Part shown: one piece after another, positions 10,265-20,000 of the stretch
How the letters are laid out: every line of letters starts with the position of its first letter
How positions within the stretch are numbered: position 1 is the stretch's first letter
Assembly (NCBI RefSeq): GCF_025526975.1
Contig: NW_026515683.1
Span: forward strand, 670,403 to 690,402
Direction of reading: 5' to 3'
Origin: Fimicolochytrium jonesii
Lineage: Eukaryota
DNA: 20,000 bases
The notes under the pieces: model-generated
The model's input: the letters and a program-made list of their open reading frames with translations, nothing else
Told to the model about the DNA's origin: nothing
The model's database searches: none
Made by a program: the position numbers and the translations under genes

Positions 10265-10735
10265 TTGCGGTGCTACTGCCGCTCCATCAGCTGAATCGAT
10301 TTACAGTTGCCGCCTGCAGGACAAAGGGCAGAGGGTCATAGCTTGCAGGTGCCTCTGCCTGCCATTTCAAAGGATTTTTTGGTCGTGTCCCGTCGCAGAA
10401 CGTAAAAGTAGCTTACAGTACAGAGGACATCAATTGCTGCAGTGCCACTGCCGGCCGTCAGCTGCATCAATTTTACGGTTGCCGCCTGCACGACAAAGGG
10501 CGAAGTCGGGTACCCTGCCTGCCGTTTCAGAGGGTTTTGTGCTTGAAGTGGCTTACACAGGACCCTGAGTTGTTGCAGTGCTACTGCCGGCCGTCAGCTC
10601 CAACAATATACGGTTGCTGCCTGCAGTGTGCACAACAAAGGACAGAATCGTGGCTTGCCGGTGCCCCTCCTGCCATATGATATCAAACGTACTTTTGTGT
10701 CCGCGCCGCAGGACGCAAAAGTGGCCTACGCAGCA
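10265..10735. repeat. Degenerate non-coding tandem repeat, 3 copies of ~135-170 bp
   Basis: Units start near 10265, 10437 and 10573. They share TGC(A/G)GTGC(T/C)ACTGCCG...TCAGCT...AC(A/G)GTTGC(C/T)GCCTGCA...ACAAAGG...CCTGCC...AAGT(A/G)GC(T/C)TAC. A further fragment (CAGGACGTAAAAGT) lies near 10815. Confidence 0.85.
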
Positions 10736-11411
10736 TCCAACAAGGCGTGGAAAGTGCGTGACACAGAAGTGGCGCGCGAACATGTGCTCTGCCCTTTGGA
10801 TAGGTCTGGCGCATCAGGACGTAAAAGTTTCAACAGGGCTTGACAGGGCATCAGACAAGGCGGTCAAAGGGCTTCACCATTTGGCGCATTAAGTGGTGGT
10901 TGAGCCCTTCGGCTCTCGTTGGTGAGTTGGCAGAGTTGGTCGATGGTCTCGCGATGACACACGCGTCGTGCGCGGCAAACATATCCGCGACGACCGTTGA
11001 CATCCATCCACCGAAGGGTACCGAAACTTCACAGCCGACTTTCCCGCCAGGAGCCCAGATTGCACCGCCTCATTCCGCTCGCAGGTCATCATTTTCCATG
11101 ATCAAGCCGCAAGTCAGAAAGGGGTTATCAAGTGAACTAACCCTAATTTGGCGGGGTGTGCTCTTCGTGGGCTTGAGGGCCAGTGGCTTCGTCCGCCAAG
11201 TGCAGACCTCTGAAGCTGCCTCTGAAGCGTCCTTTTGTTTTGCAACTTGCAAGGTGGCGAGTGGCCAAATGAAAGGCAAGACGCTCTTCTGATCCACATT
11301 ATAGATCTCTCAATCCGAGGGGGGGTTTCTAGTCAAGGTGCAATGCATTCACTCTACATGTAATGCCTAATATAAACAGGCCCTACGGAGCGGACGACAT
11401 TGTAAAGGCCT

Positions 11412-12943
11412 TCAAGAACGCCGCTTGGCTTCCACACTGTTGAAACCTGACCGGATGCTAACGCTAGCGGCCGGTTGATCCATACCGTTGGACATCGCAA
11501 ACTCTAAAACCGTCTCAGCAAACCCATCCACTCCAAACGTAGTCGTCCCGACCCTCCTTCGCAGCGCAAACGGACCCTCTGCCAGCGTAAACGCGCACGT
11601 CCCATCCTTTGACACAACCACATCGCCACCTGCCGCACTTCCATACGTCCCTGCGAGAAGATCAAATTGCACGTCGTCCTTCTCGAGGGTTGAACCACCA
11701 ACATCCACAGCAGGTGGCAGGACATCCGGCCACTCATATATCTCCTCGAGCGCGGCGCTGATCTCATCCCACCGCCGGCTGCTTTGCCCGTTGATGAGGG
11801 TGGCGAAACCAAACCCGGAGTGCGGGTTGAGTTGGAAGGTACTGATGAAGCCGAGGTTGCCGCCGTTGTGCTGGAAGGAGGTTGATCTGGTCAGTAAGCT
11901 TTCTCATAGAGGACAGGCGGGGGAGGAGGAATGTGGAAACTTACAGAAAGCCGCATGCGGTCTGCCTTGCCTTGACGCATGATGCCAAGCGCCATATGCT
12001 TCGTAGATGGGTCGTGCTCGCCGCCGGCCAGTGTGATATATTCCGCGGCGGAGGCAGTGGTAAGTAGCGCACTGCCCGGCGGATAAATAACGCCTCCACT
12101 CGTCAGCAAAACCGGCTGAACAGACCGTCCAATGGCCAACGCAAACTTGACAAGATCGACAGCGGTGGTCCACAGGCCCGCAGCAGCCGACTCCGGATAT
12201 ACGAGGTATCCACCTGATATCGTCGCGTCACAGAAGGGGTGGCTCAAGGCGTGATTGTCGGAAGGCGGCGTGTCGACGCAAACGCGGAATGTCGAGCGAG
12301 TCATACCTGCCGGCGTCAAGACCAAGTCGTCCATGAGTTCCGCGAACGGCTTGCCACACACGTCCTCCATCACCAGTTGGACGATCTCGTAACCGGCGCC
12401 AGAGTAGCGGTAGTAACCCGGGATAGAATCAATGACGGTTTTCGGGCAGTTGCCATCACCGTTCAAGACGCCGACGACATCTGGAAGGTGCGGGTCGTTC
12501 CTGGCATACCCATCGAAGTTATCCCCATTGAGTCCCGCCCGATGGGACAACAGCAACCGTAGCGTGGTTTTCAGGCCGGAGGTTGCAGTAGCAGTGGGCA
12601 GTTTCCAGCGCTTGAGGTAATCGTTCACATCAACGTCCAAGTTCAGGACGCCCTTCTCCACCAACCGGAGCACGGCTACTGCCGTCACAGGCTTGCTGAT
12701 GGACGCGGCCTGGAACTGCGTGTCGTCGTCGACTTTGATAACCGGGTGCGAGTCCGCGGCGCGCACGCCATAGTTCTTTGTCCATATGATCTTCCCCTTG
12801 TGGAACACTGCGAGCTGGAGGCCCGGGACGAGGTCGTAGCGGGCGAGGTGTTCGGCGAGAGGGAGGGTTTTGTTTGGACTGACTTTTGATTCGAGCGTAG
12901 CGAGTACGGCGTCGGGAGGCGTCGGAAAGGTCGTCGCAGTCAT
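11412..12943 (-). CDS. Beta-lactamase-family serine hydrolase B; complement join(12943..11945,11870..11412), 485 aa
   Basis: Motifs FQAASISKPVTA (SxxK), LLLSHRAGL, YRYSGAGY (YxG variant) and YPESAAAGLWTT. A 74-nt phase-0 intron at 11871-11944 (GTAAGT...TACTGAC...TTCCAG) leads into HNGGNLGF...GFATLING and a C-terminal beta-rich domain (LLAGTY...). Confidence 0.92.
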
Positions 12944-13068
12944 TGGGGAGGAGCTTTGAGTGTGCTTTTAAGGAAAAGGGCGTTTCGAAAAGGGGGAGAG
13001 CGGTCTCTTTTGTCCCTCAACGGTTATCCTCCACTTAGCAGGCCATGGCGAAGACCATGCTCGCGCGC

Positions 13069-13075
13069 TCTTATA
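13069..13075 (-). promoter_or_regulatory. Candidate TATA box of serine hydrolase B
   Basis: TATAAGA on the minus strand, about 125 nt upstream of ATG 12943. Confidence 0.45.
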
Positions 13076-14725
13076 AGCACTCGTACGCAGCTGGTGGGCA
13101 AGCGCATCATGGTTGGCGGTGTGGTGGACGAGTGCAGGTTTGGCAGTGCAGATTCTGCGCGGGTGCTCCTTGTGATAACCGGGTGCTCCGCTCCTCCAGA
13201 AACGCCCAGCCGCCTTCCCAGCGGAGCGGTATGAAATATACGGCGCGCAAATCGACACTATTGCAGGAAGGGAACCCTTTGAACTTGACGCTCGCTGCCT
13301 CAACCCTAAGCAGGCATCCCTTCAACGCTTTGGCGCTTTATTGACCGCACAGTACGCTCTAACACTCGCCCGTCTCGCTATCAAAGCAAGTCTACAACAG
13401 TCACAATCGCACTGCTGCCCTCAAGTATCAGCACACCAGAAGAGGAAACGAGATGGAATATGAACGCATGGTTCTACGCGTATCATCATGATCTCGCTGG
13501 CCGTCGAATGTTTTCACTAATTTTGAATTGGAGAAGGAAAGGAAAGCAACTGTGAGGTATCCCATGCCCGATTTGTGCTGCTTTGAACTTGGTGGGGATG
13601 TCAAGGAGTAGATGCTGACATGGTTATTTCGACATTGCTCTTGAAGCTACCACGGACCCCGGCGTTTCGAGAAGGGGGGGTCGACAGAGCGAAACCATAC
13701 GACGTTCAAGTTTGATCTTGGCAAGGAGATTCCGCAGGATATCGACGTCGGTATAGTAGAGAGCCGATTATCCGTTTTGGCGAGGGCATCCTATACAAAC
13801 GGAGCCACGGGCATAAGCGGATAGAAGGATCTAAGCAGCAGGTTGTCGCATTCGGGCAATCGCCGTGGGCAAGGCACAGGTAATTCAATTTCGATCCGGT
13901 GGCTCAACCTGTTCCGCATCATCTGTGCCCCTGGATTCGCTTCGTGCAGGTATATGAATGGTGTGACACTATCCCTGCTCTGGCTGCCGATTCAACGCCG
14001 GCATGTAGCGCCACCGCCTTCGCATGGATGTCCATTGCTGGCATAGGCGAGCCATGACTCTCAGCTGTGTCGATATGACAAGAGGCGGCAGACGTGAATG
14101 GGGTGCTGTCGTCTGTTTTTGTGTGCTGGTTCGTTTGCAAGATGTCCCTGTGCCATACAGCAGAGTTGGAAAGGAAACAAATGAACTTCACGTCTGTCAG
14201 AAGGGACAGCCACTGCGTACGCTTGCTCGGTTCGAGGGAGGGGGAGGACATACGTGTTCACTGGCATCCTCGGGTACCCACAAGCCGGAGGTGGAAACGG
14301 TGCCGAATATGCTGTTGCAGGAGGAGCAGGTAAGTCCTAATCCCATTGCGCGTTTGCGCAACTTTCCTCGGGCCCTCCCTGCACTCTCCCTGGCCAGCAT
14401 CTCTTCCGCAATTGCCAAACTTGTTGCACGGAATCTGCCATTCTGTGAGGAGACCATACAGTCAAGGGACAAAGGCCGTGTCTCCTCGAGATCAAGTCGG
14501 TGTTGCGACGCGCGAGGGCTAGCTGGCAAGCACAGCCTGTCATCAGCAACGAACGCTGATTGGCTGAGCTTCAACCCTAACGCAAGCCCCCGGCAACTTT
14601 CGCCCATAACCCCTCCCTCCGAAACGGTGGCCACCTACGCTGTATATACACTTCTTGTTTGTTCAAGCTACCTACAATTCACCTCACGGACAAACCATCA
14701 CTTTTACCGCCTTCTCAGAGTAAAT

Positions 14726-15534
14726 ATGGCGGACAGTGCACCACCAACTTCCGTGCCAAATGAAGATTCGCCACCACAAGGAAGGACCAGTAAAAAGAAA
14801 GTGGGTGCCAAACCCAACCCGTTCATAACCGATATGCCAGCCTGGAGGCGGGAAAAAAACCGTAAAGCACAGCAAGCACTCCGAGGTCAGTGTCGTCTAC
14901 TTTGCCCCTGTAGCTGTATCTGCCACTGCAAATAACACCCTTTCTATAGAGCGTAAGGCGCAAGAACTTTCCCGACAACAGGAGGACACCAGAAGCCTTC
15001 AGACTCGGATTTCCACCTTGGAGCAGGACAACCAGCAACTTCGGCAGTTACTGGCTCTTGCTTTTTCTGCCTGGTTTCCGCAAGACACAGAGGTTATTGG
15101 CCATGAAGGCGTGAACGATGCTGTTATGCTCGCTGCAAGAGCGCTTGCTGAGTTGCGGGTTGCTGGTTCGTTCCGGCGGAACGAAGAAGTCGTCCAGGTT
15201 GGTGGAGCCCACTGTTCTGATATTCACATCATCGAAGGAAGTACTGAGATACGTCGATAGGATAATCAGCAGCCCACGACGCCATCGCTCAATGCACCAC
15301 CATCTACCTGCTGCCCAGCCACCATAGAGCCAGATATCGTGTCAAAATGTGCAAATTCCGTCCCATGTTTTGTACTCCGAGACAAGATACTGCAATACGG
15401 GGCGCAAGTGGACATGAATGCCCTGTGTGAGGAATTGATAGTTCCGTGCTCGATGTCATGGAGATCCGTGGGATGCTGGCAACTGGACGATTCCGGCAGA
15501 TATTTTCGACCGGTTCCCACTTCTGAAAGGATAA
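14726..15534 (+). CDS. Yap1/Pap1-like bZIP transcription factor with a C-terminal cysteine-rich domain; join(14726..14885,14950..15197,15261..15534) with an apparent +1 frameshift near 15441-15445 (as written, it reads on to 15566)
   Basis: Intron 14886-14949 restores the basic region RREKNRKAQQALR|ERK and a heptad zipper L-QTRIST-L-EQDNQQ-L. A probable second intron at 15198-15260 (weaker GTTGGT donor) leads to PCFVLRDKILQYGAQVDMNALCEELI, which continues in the +1 frame as RARCHGDPWDAGNWTIP...LLKG*. Confidence 0.8.
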
Positions 15535-16382
15535 AAGGGAGAGGACATCGCTTGCGTTTGCGATAGGTTATAGCATTTCCTCGGCCAATGATACGTGTTG
15601 CAACATTAATCAACCTGCATCGACACTCCTTAAATCACTGCCAGAGCAGGACATGCGTTTTCTATTAAAGAAACTCTTACGTTCCCAAGTCAACAATCAC
15701 CCTCTACATGCAATGCATATGGCCTTTGGGGAGGCGGCAACGCCGCCGAAGGCGAGATCTTGTACTCTTTAATAATAGGCGTTCCACGCTGGGTGACGCG
15801 ATGCTATGGCTCTTGTGTGAAGATCTCCATTCGGCGTAACTTCGCGATCCCCATCTACAACTCACCGCACATGCGCCAAAACGAGCCACGAAACCTGCGC
15901 GTCACCAGCGGCAGCGGTTCGATGGCAAAAGTGGGATTCGAGCGGATAACGCCTGCGTGTGGCGCAAAAAAGTTTAGAGGTGAAAGGTGATTCAAGTCAG
16001 CGGCGCATCTTGGCGAGGAGCGATAGGGAAGAGCTGAGCAGGCGAAATGGAAGGCCGAGAAGAAACCCGTACCGTAGGCCCCGTAGGCGCGGATGATGAG
16101 CGGGTTACTGGATAGTCAGAGTAAAGGTCGCTCACTGACTTCAAGAGTGTTCGAATAGAATTCATCTTGAGATTTAAGGACGAAACGGGGTGAAGTTGGG
16201 ACTTTTCCAAGGCGAAAGTTTCAATGCGCATTGTCGAAGGTTAAGTGAGATGGATCAAGGTTTTAACCAAAGCCCTAAGCCGAAGAAATTATTGGACAAT
16301 TACTGAATCGATACAGCCCACAGTGTACATAATAGAGAGAGGAGGATGATAGGTCGGGAATTCAAGATACGGCACCTCCCAG

Positions 16383-18236
16383 TTACATAACATACACCAT
16401 GAACCGCCTGCGGCTTGCCAACTGCTGCAAAACGGGAAAACAGTTCGGGTACAATTGCAGCACATCATCGCGGAAGGCAACTGGTTCAAGGGCTAGCGGC
16501 CTCATGCAGATAAGACAGACGTACATCCTTTCCTCGCGAATGCCGTAGTACTGACTCATAAAGATCATAATTCGCTCCATTTGGGCGAATTTCTTTTTCG
16601 TGACCGTTCCCCCAACACGCAACGGGCTGGTCGTGATCTCGACGACAACGAGGGCGTTGCAGTCTGGCGACTGCGGCAAAGTCCGCACGCCCACCGGTGG
16701 AATCGTCGTGCCAAGCGGTGTGGGGATGTCACCGGAAGTCGGAGAGACAAAGGCTCTCCCGAGCCCCTCCTTATGAGCATAGAAGAGACCGTTGACCTCA
16801 AGACGCAGCGGTCTCAAGGACAATGGGATGTCATGAGACTGCCAATGCTGCGCGTGCTGGTTCCTTAAAATCGACCAAAGGCGCCGAAAGGGGAACTCCA
16901 ACGTAGCTAAGGGAAATACTCAATAACATAACATCAGATCAAATAAGTGCATAAATTGGACGTACCCGAATCGGTGCCGCGCCCTGCGTAGACAAATCCT
17001 CTGGCTTGCAATTGAACCCCGCGCGGGTTCAGAATTTTTATATCCCATTCTTGCTCGAGGAAATCAACCATATCTGACCGGATGACCCTCTCGTACAATA
17101 GGCCAACCGTGGACTCGACTCTCCCCAATTGGGCTCTAATGGGTTGGAGCTCGGTTCGGAGCTCGGTTCGGAGCTCGGTTCTGAGCTCGGTTCTGATGAA
17201 CTGTGCCAATTGAGCAAACGATGTTACGGTAGCGACATTTGTCGGGGCAGGTGTAAGCTGATGGAGAATTTCCATGTCGTCTTCATCCATAGCAACTTCT
17301 ACACTCTCTGTATCCCATGGGGGTGTCGAAAGATCAATTTCATTGCCTTCTAGGAAAGCCTATGTGGAAGCATTAGAGTGGGCTGCTTGGACTCTATGCA
17401 GCGTTTCCTCTTGCGTTTCCACTCACATTCCCTCGCTCACGGTTGAGTGTGGCAGACTGCGTCAAAGCTTGGACCTGCTCAATAGCCGCGATGGGATCCA
17501 GGGTGGCACCAAGAACAGCGCCGACAGCGTCACCTGGGTGAGTAACTGCCTCCCTGACAAGGTGCGATACCGCGGGGCTGTAGTCGGCAGCCACTCTGGG
17601 AAGTGCAGTGAGTACAGAAAGGGCAGTAGCTGCTACGGCAGCATATGACGCCGTTGTGACCAGTGCCGTTGTGACCGGTGCCGTTGTGACCGGTCCCGTT
17701 GTTGTCTGTGCCGCTGCTAAAGCCGTGGCCGCGGGCGAAGGAGGAGGGCCGCTGTCAGGCGTAAGCCTGGTTGCAGCAGGTGCAGCTGCAGCACCGGGAG
17801 CAGGCGCGGCTAGCGTCGTGAAATCTACTCCTCAAAACCGTCAGGTGAACATGAGAAAATGGAAAAGGAAATCGAAGTGCACCAACTTACCATGCAACTT
17901 GAGTACTGACTTCTGGACAGAACACAATAGGCACACGGGCTGTTGGGTCGGGCTACGGTATGCCAGAAACAGCACACGACTATTGTGCGATGACAGGTCG
18001 ATGGCGGCGGGAGGAAGTCCAGGAGCGGTTGGTGGGGTTGCATCGGGGTCTGCAACAACTCCAGAATACATCAAGTGGATATCGTTTTTCCCAATCCATT
18101 CCTCGGCGGCTGGGGCCCTCACAAGTTGGACTAGAGCTTTCGGTAAGACCTCGGTTGCAAAGTCGACCTTCGCAGGGTTTCTAACGAAGAGGTCGTCCCT
18201 TCCTAGGGAAAGGGGAATAGACCTGCGCGATGACAT
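16383..18236 (-). CDS. Hypothetical 553-aa protein: possible ubiquitin-like header, A/P/T-rich linker, coiled coil and putative PD-(D/E)xK nuclease-fold domain (Crinkler-like architecture); complement join(18236..17891,17824..17427,17359..16966,16906..16383)
   Basis: Three canonical introns (17825-17890 GTAAGT..CTGAC..TAG; 17360-17426 GTGAGT..CTAAT..TAG; 16907-16965 GTACGT..TAG) join four ORF fragments with matching phases and no internal stop. The C-terminal part has GLLYERVIR...LEVNG...VVVEITTS...KFAQMER. The gene model is strong; the function is inferred. Confidence 0.75.
17147..17194. repeat. 12-bp coding tandem repeat x4 (RTEL x4)
   Basis: GAGCTCGGTTCG x2 then GAGCTCGGTTCT x2. Confidence 0.95.
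17650..17694. repeat. 15-bp coding tandem repeat x3 ([P/L]VTTA)
   Basis: GCCGTTGTGACC(A/G)GT x3. Confidence 0.95.
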
Positions 18237-18341
18237 TGGGAAGTGAATCGGAGTAGCGGCTTGTTTAGCAGAACGGAGGAGAGAATGTAGCAGCTTGAAT
18301 TTGATGTCAAGGTTGCTGTAGGTGCCGACGAGGTTCGGGAG

Positions 18342-18350
18342 CTTTATATA
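18342..18350 (-). promoter_or_regulatory. TATA box of the 16383-18236 gene
   Basis: TATATAAAG on the minus strand, about 105 nt upstream of ATG 18236. Confidence 0.55.
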
Positions 18351-18471
18351 CGCAATTTGGCAGTGCACAGGACCTGTCAGTTACGAAAGTGTGGAGAAGA
18401 ACTTCATATGCCTCACCGTCACCCCCATAATAGCCCCAAGTTGCTCATTGTTGACTGCGCATTGTTGACCG

Positions 18472-18485
18472 AAAAAAAAAAAAAA
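18472..18485. repeat. Poly(dA) tract (A14) in the divergent intergenic region
   Basis: 14 consecutive A residues followed by an AG-rich stretch. Confidence 0.85.
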
Positions 18486-18574
18486 GGAAAAGAAGGAAAG
18501 CGGCTTGTGGACTGAACGATGTGGGGGAAAGCGTGAACCTTCGCAGAAAGACACAGTCCCGCTTGCTGGGGTGA

Positions 18575-19855
18575 CTGCCACTTAATTCGAAAGGCCCGAC
18601 CGCGTCGTTCATTGCGTCCCAAGAGTTTCCGGAGGAGATTCCCGCAGTAGTGGTAAAGATCCTCAATGGAATTGTCCGAACACCGGGAGCGTCAGTGGAT
18701 GTCAAAGCAGCCAACCTATTTCGTTTCGTCCAGTCTGGTCACTATGGATTGACGCGGCTCGAAACTGAAGATGCAGTGCGTTTGCATCTGGCTCAACTAA
18801 AGAAACATGGCGTCGGGGAGGTCAAAAGTGAGGTTTATTAAATACAAGCCACTTTCCTTAAGAAATTTAGCGAATGGGAGGAGCCGCCACGCAAGCGGTT
18901 CATGGTGCGAATGTCAGCGTCGGGCTGGACTTGGAAAGGACTTGAACATCTGAACATATGTTTTTGGGACCGAACCGTCAAACAACTGGTTCCTCCCCCC
19001 AAATGGACTCCTGAAAAGTGCACGAACTGGGTGGCCAGCAATCAGCACGTCACAAAGACTTCTGTGGATCAAGAAGCTTATAAGGCTGCGCCAGCCGCCT
19101 CCAGAACAAGCTTTTACGATAGAGCTTTCCTTGCGGCGACAACCAAGCCTCGGGACGAAGCTTTGGTTGGTTCCATGGTGAACGACTTTTTGCAGGGGAT
19201 CCTGGATCCTGCGGGGTTGCTGGTGCTGTAAGGAAGAAAGCCCATGGCGCGATGTCGCATGACATTTCTAATCTTACCTGTTTTTCTTTCTTTCCTGTGT
19301 CTTTTCCGTAACAGTTGACAGCACAAGATGAGCCTGGCTGTTCAGAATGTCCAAAAGGTGGCAAAGGCAAACTTGATGGTTGTCAAGAAAACCGCCACCG
19401 GGGGATTCATCAGGAGAGTCGCACTTATAAAGGTATGTAGCAGAATGAGGTGGATGATCTGACATTAGGATCTTATGAATTTCTATTTTCGCGTAGATTC
19501 AACGCGATGAAGATAAAAGGGATGCCGAGGCCCAGGTGTGCGCTGAGGGCATCAGCATAGCGCAGCAGGCTGGCTGGAACCATTCCTGGCCCATCCTCCT
19601 TCTACGCGTGACGGGAAACCAGGTGTGGTGTACCATGCAGCCGTCACCGAGCGTTTCATCCAAGATGTTCGCGTTGGCCATAGGCGGGCGGAAGCATTAT
19701 GGATCGACCGGGCCACATCAGCGATCATGGACCCGGAGCCTTGATCACAAATGGCCCCCATTCTGGACATTTTTGACCCTTGTTGTCGGCAGCTATTAGC
19801 AGAGACGCTCATCAGCTGGACGCAGCGATGGCCGAGCATTCCCCTGGCTACGTAA
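18575..19855 (+). pseudogene. Pseudogene of a fungal putative restriction-endonuclease-fold (Crinkler/CR-REase-like) protein
   Basis: With introns 19228-19314 and 19433-19496 removed it reads ...EVY*IQ...SASGWTWKGLEHLNI...EALVGSMVNDFL...L*QHKMSL...AKANLMVV...DEDKRDAEAQVCAEGISIAQ...VTGNQV[frameshift ~19626]VYHAAVTERFIQDVRVG...P*...LDIFDPCCRQLLAETL...*. Premature stops are at 18839, 19316 and 19742. The start codon could not be identified. Confidence 0.72.
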
Positions 19856-20000
19856 AGGGAAGGAGGGTTAGGCTGATCGGAATGGTCCAGACCATCACCT
19901 TGGAGCCACAGCCTCGGCGCTTATCTTCACCCCTGATTGTTGCGTCTTGGACATCACCACCTGGCCCGTCTTCTTCCTTCACCCCATACCCCTGTTTCCA

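Noticed and set aside
10265..10735. CRISPR array or coding repeat
   Set aside because: The units are long and degenerate with no repeat-spacer structure, frames are not conserved, and the context is eukaryotic.
7250..12943. Both hydrolases being exactly 485 aa as evidence of recent duplication
   Set aside because: Their motifs and intron positions differ throughout, so the equal length is coincidental.
14024..14725. Long N-terminal extension of the bZIP ORF, including a GTAAGT near 14329
   Set aside because: The translation is not protein-like. ATG 14726 follows a TATA-like element and a pyrimidine-rich leader, and I found no convincing upstream exon.
15704..16231. Short minus-strand ORFs with possible splice signals
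   Set aside because: Splicing trials gave only short products with early stops and no motifs.
18839..19744. Stop-codon reassignment or readthrough as an explanation for the in-frame TAA/TGA codons
   Set aside because: TAA, TAG and TGA each end intact genes in this window at plausible C-termini, and the same gene also has a frameshift. A pseudogene is the simpler explanation.

Overview
Eukaryotic genomic DNA, most likely fungal. An early-diverging lineage such as a chytrid is plausible but is inference. The evidence is short GT-AG introns (59-145 nt, CTRAY-like branch points), TATA boxes and all three standard stop codons in use. The ORF track fragments most genes, so I rebuilt them by splicing. 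The left ~15.5 kb holds, in order: the 3' end of an MDR-family NAD(P)-dependent oxidoreductase; a secreted bicovalent-FAD berberine-bridge-like oxidase; a 14-TM DHA2-type MFS transporter (1 intron); a bacterial-looking beta-lactamase-family SxxK serine hydrolase (3 introns, one splitting the catalytic Ser codon); a 144-aa secreted Ig-like protein missed by the ORF track; a degenerate ~135-170 bp tandem repeat; a second, different SxxK serine hydrolase (1 intron); and a Yap1/Pap1-like bZIP regulator whose cysteine-rich redox domain is cut by a 1-nt frameshift. Together these look like a candidate xenobiotic/antibiotic detoxification or tailoring locus, partly built from horizontally acquired genes. 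The right ~3.5 kb holds a head-to-head pair of putative PD-(D/E)xK nuclease-fold, Crinkler-like genes: one intact (4 exons, 553 aa) and one pseudogene (3 premature stops plus a frameshift). All family assignments rest on motif recognition, not on database searches.
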